The notes beneath the pieces are model-generated. The model worked only from the letters and a program-made list of their open reading frames with translations, was not told the DNA's origin and made no database searches. Both the position numbers and the translations under genes were made by a program. A DNA stretch of 64,000 bases from Octopus vulgaris (Eukaryota): the NCBI GenBank assembly GCA_951406725.2, contig OX597823.1, positions 38,564,001 to 38,628,000 of the forward strand, written 5' to 3'. This document shows positions 48,073 to 60,000 of the stretch, piece after piece (positions within the stretch are counted from its first letter, which is position 1; each line of letters starts with the position of its first letter).

Positions 48073-51000
48073 GTGTATATATATATGTATATATATTTAT
48101 ATATATATATATATGAAATACAGCTATAGTCTTAACTACTCAATCTGTCATCAGTCACAGATGGTCTACAAAGGTCATATGCATTTTCCCTTCCTTCATA
48201 CCAATAAATAAATAAAGATGAAACAGAGAAACTGCCAGAAAAAATATACTAAATATTACATAAAGAGCACTTTTCCCATGCTTTTCAGGCCCAGCTTCAT
48301 CAGAACCAGCCGTATGATGAATCTCTGGAGGTTCCTGATGCTGATGATGTTCCTAGTACCTATACTCCAACACCAAGATCACATAATCCTCTTGGTAAGT
48401 CAGCTGTTTATGCTTTTTAAAGTCATGTCATACCTGTTACGATGCAATGACACTTTAATTTCACTAGCTTGTTGATTTACGGGTGTGGGTGTGTTTTTGT
48501 TTGTGTGAGTGTGTGTCAGTGATGTATTTTCTATCATTTTCATTTACACTCAAACTGAATATATGTAAATGATAATGATGAGCCATACACCACATACACA
48601 CACACACTGTACATGGGTGACTGCATAAAGTATTGGACCACTATCTCACAGGTCTTGGATTCAACTCCATACAGGTATTGCCTTGTTCAATATTTGGGGG
48701 ATGGTGAGGCAGGAGCCCTAATTTACCATATTTCAGTTACTGTAAATTGGCAGAGACAAAAATCTTCCAGTATTTATTTACATCTCTTTAGGTCAGTCAT
48801 GGACAACCTGTGGCCTGCAGGACTTTCTGAATGGCATCTTCACTGAAAAATGACCTTAAATTTTTTTTTGTAGTAGTGTGGCCCACCTGATGATGAGTCG
48901 TGTCTCATGTGGTCCACTTTTCAAAACAGGTTGCCTATACCTGGTTTAGGTTCTGAGTTCAATTCACATTGAGGTTCACTTAACTTTCACCTTGTCGAGT
49001 TTGATAAAATAAGTAACCATGTTGTACTAGGGTCAAAGTTATAAACCAGTTTTCCTATTCCCTATCTTTCAGGTCGGATATCAAACCCTGGCATTGACCA
49101 GTCTGGGAGTCCCCACTTACTGGCCACCTCGACTGAAGATGCCAAGGTCAGTGGAGTTTTTTTTTTGTTATTACTTCCATTTAAAACTTGCTGATATTTT
49201 CAGTGGAGAAACAATTGATATTGAGTGGTTCAGTTATTTATTCAATTCATTAATCAATTATCTATTTAATTATTCATTCATTTATTTATCTCTGATTTGT
49301 TGAACAGAAGCTTCTTGGTAAATCTTTAGGCAGAAGCAGTAATTTATCTGATGATGATGATGATGGTTCTGATCTGAGTGATGATGATGATGACGATGAA
49401 GAAGTACATATTGAAGGGTAAGTCTTTCTTAGTATTTGATGTCACTTAGTTTCCTCAAGACATAACAATTCAATCAAGTGAATTCTGAGCAATAGGATGC
49501 AAAATTTGTGCCAGGACTAAGTATTTCTTGCTTCTTGCCATTTAACAGCAGCATACTTGAAGAGTTTAAGGCAAAATTATATAAATTTATCGATAATCTA
49601 AAAGCAGAACCCCTGTAAAATATACAAGCAACATTGTAAAAAAGTCCCCCTCTGACAGGAGTTAGTGTCATTAGGTCTATACAGCATTATCATCTATTAT
49701 ACCAAAAGGGTAAGCAGATTCATGTATTTTGAGGCTGTTAGATTATCAACAGAAATTCTTTGGCTGTTGGCTGGATCCTATACTTTTAAGTAGATTTAGC
49801 TATCAGGTAATTGACTGAAAAAGAACCACCATTGGCCAATTATCTGAAGGTTTGTGTGTTAAAATTCTGTCACATGCTTAGTACTGTGGTCTCAAAATAT
49901 TTTAAGTTTATGTTGCCTTAATATCAATCAAAGACTGAAGAAAGAATTTATTCAATGACCAATAATTGCATTGTTCAATACTTCAAATAATAGTGATCTG
50001 TTTTTAGGTGAGTCTTCAGTTATGTTACACTTGATTCACCACTACCCCACCCACCTCCTCCTGACTCACTCCAATATTTTACAATCCTTTCTCCATGACC
50101 TCTTCATAACAAAATAGTCAACACTCATATTGGTTACGTTACATAGGGATCAGCCATCAGCAAAGACTTCTAAAAAATAGCAGAAAAATCTCCTTAAATC
50201 ACACCCTATGTTATTAACAAACAACACATTGAACAATATGGTTCTGTGGTAAATTGAATATGTCTTAAAAATTGTCTGCATGGTCAAAGATGGAATGTCT
50301 TTAATCATAGGCCTGCTTGATTAGGACAGGTCTTATGCTAAAAGAGAATAACAATTACAACAACAACATTCATGCTATCAGGGGTTATTGATTTCACCTT
50401 CATTCTCTCAGTTCAGTTAGTTTCAATACCAACAACAGAAACTTGGCCATATTAGTTTCATTGCTGTAACTTATAACAATATTTTGGTAGCTGTAACTTA
50501 TTACTGTAGCTGTTAACCAACTGTACCCAAACCATCTCTCATATTTTATTAAGGACTGGTTATTGACTTCCTTTTATAAAATCCAATGCATTGTTTCTTC
50601 AACAGAGCATATGATCCAGCTGATTATGATAATCTCCAGGTGAGCCCGGATATTAAAGATTTATTTGAATATATCTCAAGGTAAGAATCAAGAAAATATA
50701 CATTATTTTTGCCATGTTTTTATTTCTTTTCTAAAGAATGCAGAAAGAAACCTTGTTAATATAGAAGTGGGGTTGGATTTTGCTACCTTGTGGTCTTTTT
50801 GTTGTGGTCTTTTATGTTCTGAGTTCTTTTATGTTCTTTTATGTTCTGAGGGCTGACACTAACTTTGACTTTCATCATTCTGGGGTTGATAAAAGAAACC
50901 ACCAGTCCTATACTGAAGTTGGTGTAATCTACTGTACACTTCACCGAAATGTCTGGCTATATGTACTAAAGAAAGTTCTACTGATCAATAATCATATTAG

Positions 51001-54000
51001 TCAATTGATAGCGATTTGTTTTAGGTATAGTTGTGTGGTTAAGAAGTTTGTTTCTTGACCATGTGGTTTTGGGTTTCGGTCCCATTGCACAGCACCTTGG
51101 ATAAATGTCTTCTTCAATAGCCTGACTATGCTAACCAATGCTTTGTTAGAGGATTTAGTAGATGGAAACAGAAAGAAGCCTGTATATATTTATATATATA
51201 TGTGTGCGTGTGTGTTTCCTTGTCTTAACACCACAGGATAGTTGTAAAATGAGTGACATTGTTATGCAAATGGGATTCTTCATGTCTAGTTTTTGTGGAA
51301 ACACATTTGGCCATGGAGAAATATTATCTTTGCAACATGAAGGATTTCAGGTCAGAGAAAAATCTGCCTCAAGAATTTTGTCTGACCCATGTCTGCATGG
51401 GTCAGACAAAAGTGTGGATATTAAAACAACAATGATGATGTGACTGTGTGCGAATCCTGCCTAGAATGACTTTGGTGGACATGTGCTGCTACATCAAAAA
51501 CTGTCTGGTCAATATAGAATAAGTCTTCTTTTGAGAGAAGTTTTATCTTACTGATAAATTATAGGATTAGTCTTTTGTACACCTGTCTCTCATGTAAGAA
51601 TATAACAAGACACAGGCATTCACTTTGGGGAACTGTTTTCTATAATTAGTTAATCAATCATTTGATTACTTTCATTTAATTAATGATCTTTTTGTGGGTC
51701 TGTGGTGATCAAGGATAAACAAATATAATTTTTCTTGTCGTAGATATTCTTATCAAGTGATTGAATTGGAACACAAACTGAAACCTTTTATTCCTGACTT
51801 CATTCCATCAGTAGGGGACACTGATGCATTCATTAAGGTGAGTGAAACTGCTGAGAGAGGAGCTACCTGAGTGATTAGGTAATAAATGTATTTTTAATGT
51901 TGAACTAATTTCTGAGACAATCAATCTTGTTGCTGTCATCATTTAACATCCATTTTCCATGCTGGCATGGGTTAGATGGTTTGACAGAAGCTGGTAAGCC
52001 AGAGGACTGCACTAAGCATTACTGTCAACTTTGGCATGGTTTCTATGGCTAGTTGTCCTTCCTAACACTAACCACTTTACAGATTGGACTGGGTGCTTTT
52101 AATGTGGCACCAACTCCAGTGAGGCCACAAAGTAATTTGCAAGACAAAACCCTTCAACTGAGGGGACGTAGTATTGAGGGAGGTGGCTTTATGCCTGGTG
52201 ATGAGAGCTTGAACTATGATAGAGGGACAAAAACAGGTGCTTTGCTGTAGAAGAGTTATGTGGATACTCCAGTCAGAGAAAAAGAAAAAGAGAGGATTGG
52301 ACAGGGTGAGTTCATGAGAGTGCAAAAGGAAAGAGGGGAGGAGAAGGGGGATACAGTGAGTGGTGAATATGGGTTTATAAGGGAGTGACAGGATGAGAAC
52401 ACATGATACACAGCACTTACAGAACTCAGTTTTCTTGAGGTGGGCAGGTCTTCTCAAGAACCTCATATCATCATCTCAGTTCATCGTTACCTTTGGCCTG
52501 GCCAGGACTGTGTACCAGCTGCAGATTTGTTCTGTAGCCCTCTGTAGGTTGTCTCATGGGAACTTCCAGTTGTCCTCTAAGCTATATGCCTCCTCCTCTT
52601 CTTCCTTATCAGAAACTGTGTTTGGTCTCCTCGAACATCACTTGACAACCGATGCTGGTGTGTTTGCATCCCTGTAACATATTGATTCAGCAAAAGAGAC
52701 TGATAGAATAAGTACTAGGCTTACAAAGAATAAGTCCTGGGGTCAATTTGCTCGACTAAAGTTGGTGCTCCAGCATGGCTGCAGTCAAATGACTGAAACA
52801 AGTAAAAGAATAACCACACACACGTGCGCACACGCATGAATACATACATAAACATACACACATACATATATACATATGCATAGAGGCCTCTCGCACAGAG
52901 TGAAAGGCAGACTGTATGATGCGTGTGTACGAACAGCCATGCTACATGGCAGTGAAACATGGGCCGTGACTGCTGAGGATATGCGTAAGCTCGCTAGAAA
53001 TGAAGCCAGTATGCTCCGATGGATGTGTAATGCCGGTACTCACACTCGGCAGAGTGTAAGTACCTTGAGAGAAAAGCTGGACCTAAGAAGCATCAGTTGT
53101 GGTGTGCAAGAGAGACGTTTGCGCTGGTATGGTCATGTGGCGAGAATGGATGAAGATAGTTGTGTGAAAAAGTGCCACACCCTAGCGGTTGAGGGAACCT
53201 GTGGAAGAGGCAGACCCAGGAAAACCTGGGACGAGGTGGTGAAGCACGACCTTCGAACTTTAGGTCTCACTGAGGAAATGACTAGAGACCGAGACCTCTG
53301 GAAGTGTACTGTGCGCGAGAAGACCCGGCAGGACAAGTGAGTCCATAACCCGTGGCCTTCTACATGGGATGGAGCCAGCCTACGTATGCATACCTTCCCT
53401 TCTTGGGACACAAAACTCTACTTGTGAAGACGTGTTGAGGCAAGTGAGGATCAGAATCGAAATCGATCAATGGAAATTGCGGATGTGCTACCAGTGCCGG
53501 TGGCATGTCGAAACTCTGCTTGTGAAGACCCGTTGAGGCAAGTGAGGATCAGAATCGAAATCAATCAATGGAAATCGATCAATGGAAATTGCAGATGTGT
53601 TACCAGTGCCGGTGGCATGTAAGAGAACTTTCCGTTTCGCGACCGTTGCCAGCACCGCCCCGTTTCGTGTCCGTTGCCAGCCTCGCCTGGCCCTCGTGCC
53701 GGTGGCACATAAAAAGCACCATCCGTTCGTGGCCGTTTGCCAGCTCTGTCTGGCACCAGTGCGGGTGGCACGTAAAAAGCACCCACTACACTCACGGAGT
53801 GGTTGGCGTTAGGAAGGGCATCCAGCCGTAGAAACACTGCCAGATTTGACTGGGCCTGATGAAGCCTTCTGGCTTCACAGACCCCAGTAGAACCGTCCAA
53901 CCCATGCTAGCATGGAAAACGGACGCTAAACGATGATGATGATGATGATGATAGATGTATACAGCTTCTCTAACCTTTGTATGTATACATGTGGTGCCAG

Positions 54001-57000
54001 GAGGGAATTACACTCAAATATCATATTTATACATACAAGTGGGGGTGTATAATGAATTGCCAAGGGAGAAAATTCATGTTTTAAATGTAAAAAGTGGTGG
54101 TGTTATGGAAGTGGGTTATAAAGATGCTGGTTACCTTTAAACTCTATGAGAATCAGTGTACTCATCATTTTGCAATGTTTAATTATTATTAATACTATTA
54201 GAAGTATATATTAACTCATTTAGTGATTGTATATTTATATATTTAATATATATATATCTATATACATACATATATATATATTGCTGAATGTGGAGAATGA
54301 ATGGGGGTGAGGAGAGTCTGCCAAAAGTTGACCCAATTGAGGGACCAGCTATCCGAATCAACAGTACCCAGGTAGATAAAACAATTAAAGATATGAGGAC
54401 AGGGAAAGCGCCTGGACCATCAGGAATCACCGCTGGGATGCTTAAAATATCGGGCAGTGTGGGTTATGGTCGTGTTGCCTGCATTGTAAATCAAGTAGTT
54501 CGTGAAGGAGTCATACCCAATGACTCGTCTAGCAGCACCATAGTCAACTGCTACAAGGGAAAAGGTGATGCTTTAGGTAGAAATAACTACGAATGCTTTA
54601 GGTAGAAATAACTATCAAATTATTGGATCAGGTGATGAGAGTTACAGAGAGGGTCATAGCCCTACTAATTAGGGAGAGAGTTAGCCTAGATGAGATGCAG
54701 TTTGGTTTTGTGCCAGGCAGAAGCACCACTGATGCTATATTTCTGGTAAGGCAACTGCAGGAGAAATACCTAGCCAAGATAAACCTCTGTACTTGGCTTT
54801 TGTTGAATTGGAGAAAGCCTTTTACAAGGTTCCCAGATCCTGTATTGGGTGGTCAATGTGGAAACTGGGGATAGATGAGTGCTTGGTAAGAGCTTACAGC
54901 AAAATATGCAATATCAAGAAAGTTTCCACCTTATGTATAGATGCAGGCTGCCTTAATTTATATTCTCTCTCACCTTAACTTATATTGCTTCTATAAACCT
55001 CATTTATAATGTTTATTTAATTCAACTTGAAAGTTATCTCAATTCACTGTTTATTTCTAGATACCAAGACCCGATATGAAACCTGACATGGTTGGTCTGA
55101 CTGTTTTGGACGAGCCATGTGCTGCACAGTCTGACCCAACAGTGCTTGATCTACAACTGAGAACCATTTCGAAACAGACTACTGCTAAACAAATGGTACG
55201 TATTCTTAGACTTTGATACTTTGATAGAGTTGTCTTGGAATTGTAACTACCTCTGTTGTTGCTGCTTAAACTCTACTTTGGTTATTGGTATAATGAATGT
55301 TTGACTTTGCAGCATTTACAAATTAATCTGTATGATTAACATATAAGTTTTAATGGAAATCCGTTAGTGATTGTTTATTAAAATATTGATTAATAAATTT
55401 TAGAAACTTTAACCTTGCAGTAACCTTATATTAGTTCCTTGTCATCTGACAAGGGACCAAGACTTTTGTGATTTTCTGTGCTTGAGAAGACACATTAAGC
55501 TTTGTAAAATCATGGCCATCCATATATATAGGCATGTCTTTTATAGCCATGCCCCACTCACATACATAATCTGTCCTATGTCAAAACTCCCCCCATAACC
55601 CATCTTCCTATTATCCCACCTCCCACTACTCACTGCAGGCCCCTCCCTTTCCCTCATGTCCCTCTCTGCACACTCTCCATGCCCTCACATATCTATCTTA
55701 CAGCCCTTCCTAGTCACTCCAGTTTCTCCTACCATCACTTACTACAGTCACCTCTTTCCCACCTCTAAACATCTTCCCTCACATTCTTATGGAATATCCT
55801 CTCTGTTCCACCTATACTCCACCCACCACTATCCTACTATCTAATACTCTTTATTTCTCTCTCTCTTTCTCCTCTAATGTTCTCCCACCTTCTTTCTCCT
55901 ATTGGGGTAACCGAGTATCTCCTCTATTGTAAGATACCTATCTCTATCCCTGTATTATACTCTAACATCACACCTGGTTCATATCCACTTCCCCTGGTTG
56001 CACTCCCTTTCCCAGCTGAGAAGTCTTCATTTCACAAGTTTCTTGATGATCCCATTGGTGTTGGTGCCATGTTAATAGCACTAGTTTTATGTTGAAGCCA
56101 CATAAAAAGCACCCAGTACACTCTGTAAAGTGGTTGGCATTAGGATGGGCATCCAGCTGCAGAAAACATTCCAAAACAGATAATGGAGCATAGTGCATTT
56201 ATGTGGCTTGTCTAGCTTCAGTCAAACCATCCAACCCATGATGAACATTAAAATGATGATGATGACGATGAGCATTACAACCTCTTATTCTTCTGACCTG
56301 TGAAAGTAAATGATTAGCTAGCTGGCTTAAAACCTAGGATAGCTTGCTAATTAAGTGGCTACTTGTGTAAATATTAGACTTAGTAGCATGGCTCACTGGT
56401 CCCATGAATCTTTTCTTTGTTCCATCTAGATTTCATATTAATCTACTTTAAATGTGCATCGTGTGTGAGAAGACCCGGCAAGACCAGTGAGAACAATCAA
56501 AATCAAATCATATATCCATGTCTGCTGCCAGCCTCGTCTGGCACCTGTGTCGGTGATACGTAAAAGCACCATCTGTTCGTGGCCGTTTGCCAGCTCTGTC
56601 TGGCCCCGTGTCGGTGGCACGTAAAAATACCATCCACTCGTGTTCGTTGCCAGCCTCGGCTGGCCCCGTGCCAGTGACACGTAAAAGCACCATCCGTTTG
56701 TGGCCGTTGTGCCAGCTCTGTCTGGCACCTGTGCAGGTGGCACGTAAAAAACACCCACTACACTCGCGGAGTGGTTGGCGTTAGGAAGGGCATCCAGCCG
56801 TAGAAACACTGCCAAATCTGACTGGGCCTTATGAAGCCTTCCGGCTTCACAGACCCCAGTTAAACCGTCCAACCCATGCTAGCATGGAAAACGGACGCTA
56901 AATGATGATGATGATGATGATGATGATGATCAACCCTCTGTACCTATTCAGTTCTTGTTATAATGTTTTACTTAGTGTCTCTAAGCTTGTTAAAACATGG

Positions 57001-60000
57001 GGTACCTAACAACCTGTCAATACACTTCTTCTGTTAACTTGCATCAGGCTCAGAGATGGACATACTTCATGTTGATTTAATTCTAGGTTTGTGTGGCATT
57101 GTTCCATCATTATTTCTTTCAAAACAGGGATGGGAAAGGGCACAGCCATTCACAGAAGTATTGTGGCTGTTGAGAGTTTACACTAGAACTCAAGTCATAA
57201 TTAGAAAGTTGGTTGCAGATTTATATTACTTCATTATTTAAAGAAGTCTTTGAGACACCTCATCAGCTCATTAAATCACTCATCATCTCCACCATATTTG
57301 ATTAGTACTTTATTTCCAACTTCAGAATGTTGAAAAGGAAGTTGACCTTTGGTGAGATTTGAAATGAGAATAGTAAGGTTTGGAACTAAATGCTAGAAGA
57401 CATCTTGTCTGATAATTCTTCCGATTTGCTATTTGCTTCCTTTGTGGTTGTGACAAACAATAACCATGAAAAGATTGGAGATACCTTTTGTTCAATTTTT
57501 GTTATTCATTCCAAAAATTTCTCTAACATAGAAATATTTTACAATATGTGTTTGCTCGACCCGAACCATGCTATCTACAATATGCTGGATTAGATTTTGT
57601 TTGTGTCTGATTTCTCTATTGATTCTTGTCAAACCTGATTAGCTCTGCCAGAGTTAATAATCCTGGATATATGGAAGATTATGAGAACACCATATTTCTT
57701 GTCAGCCTTTAATCATTGCATCTGTGTTCATGCTAGCATTGGTTTTAACAGCCTAACACCACTTCTGTTACTCTTTTGTTTGCTAATTTTTGAGAATTAA
57801 CTTTCTGAAATCTAATCTTACCATTACTTCCCTTGTTTTCCTTGATCCTCCACTGTCAGCACAGTGGAGAGCCAAGGACTTGTGTCACATCCTGCCAATA
57901 CGGTAGTTGATACTAATATAAGTATTTGGTAAATGTCCACAAAATACCCTGAGACTTTTTACCACTTAATTCCAAAATGTTGTTAGCAGAATTGTATGTT
58001 TTCTTTGTTACAGGTTGTGAAAAGTCTAGAACAAGCTGAAAAAGACCCGAAGCAGATTGATAACTGGATCCAGAATATTGATAAATTACATCGATCAAAG
58101 CCCCCACCCAATGTACACTACACCAAGTAAGTTGTTGATTCATTTTAGAATCTACTGGAATTAACTATCAGTATCAGTTCCTCCTGTATTCTCGAGCACA
58201 TTAGGTGACAAGTTGACACCACTGATTTCTGTTGGTGGGCAATTTTCTCTACATCTAGCCATGTGATATTGGCCTGTATTATGTTGATTATCAATGTACT
58301 TTTTGGTCTTCCTCTCTTTCTTTTTCTTTCTGGTGGTGTTCATTTGAAAGCTGTTTTACAATAATGTTGTTCTGGTAGCTGGACTTGTTAGTTTTTATCT
58401 TCATTCTGTGAATTTTCTGCTCAGTGGCCTTGTGTTGATCTCTTTAGAATGAATTCATCGATTTTGTGGTCTTGTCAGTACATTGCTGGGGTGGAGGAAA
58501 AGATGAAGACAGAAGACCACAAACTACTACCGTGCGTGCGCGCGTGCACACACACACACACACCTATATAAATGATAAATTTCTCCGCAAAGCCAGTATT
58601 CAGCAGTACTTATATCAAATATGAGAAATAAATCTCCCTAATAATAGAATGCTAGTTTTTCTCTTCTAACTCATCCTCAAAATTTGATCACTATTTTCCA
58701 ACAACTTGCTCAACTGAGGCATATTACAATGGTAATAATAATGATAATAATAATAATAATAATATCATGACAATAATAATTACACAATAAGAAGTGCAAT
58801 CTTTTTATAGTGTATTTACCTTCATGAAGAGTTACATCAATTTAATTAATTAATTAATAATAATAATAATAATAATAATAAGAGCACTGAAAGAGCACAA
58901 ATCTCTGCCAAGGCAAACAAATAATCCAGAATCCTTGTCTGGTACTGGATTGATCCCAAAATCTAAGCAGTTCGTACCAGTCACAAGGCCAAACATCTCT
59001 GAAAGTTTCATCCGAATCCATCAAGCGGTTCTTGAGATATCTTGTCCATGGACAAACAAACATGACTGCAAACAATATGCCCGCCTTCGCTAAGGCAGAG
59101 GTAATAATAATAATTATAATAACTATTATTGTTGTTGTTGTTGTTGTTGGTGTTGTTGTTGTTGTTGTTGTTGTTGTACAAGGTTACATATTTAAGTTGT
59201 AGTTATTTATACTGATCCTAGAATGTGTTGTACCCTGAAAAATAAAAGGCTATGGACAAATTCAACAGAACCTCCTTAAATTATTTGTTAATTTGTAGTG
59301 TTTTTTTTTTATATATTCCAGGAATATGCCTCAAATAGACAGCCTGATGCAAGAATGGCCATCCGAGTTGGAAGAATTACTTAAAGAAGTAGGTTATCTT
59401 TTGGTTATCCTTACCATTTATATTCTAAGACATGTCAAACTGCAGACACACTTGCAGTTATTTCTGTCATATATTTTACTTTAACCCTTTTGATACCAAT
59501 CCCTGGTTATATGATTCAAACTTCCTGTTTTAAAGTGATTTGAATTAAAATTTTCCATGAAAAATTTTACTTGCCAAATGATGACAAAATTATTTTATTA
59601 AATTCTTCATTATTTTCGAAATTAAAATTGACTGTGTATTTTAACAGAAATATTGTAATAAACTGGTTAAATCTTTGAACTCTTAGAATTTAGTTTATGA
59701 TGTTTTTATAGTTTTGAGAAATGAAACCGTATTTAAATTCAATGTTGTCTGTGTAGGCAGTGTTTTCATTGTGTAAGCTCCATCATCTGGTGTTATGTTT
59801 TTGTAAATATAAAACTGCATGTTTAAAACTTAAGGATATAAGGACAATGGAAGATTATTTTAGTTAAACAATGAAGTAGAAAAACAAAAAAATTTACCAC
59901 TTTACACTGGTACTTTATGCAGCTAACTTGTGAGATTATCTTGAACCTTAGATGGCTTATAAACATCTTCCATGCTGCAATTGTTAAAATGACCTGAATA

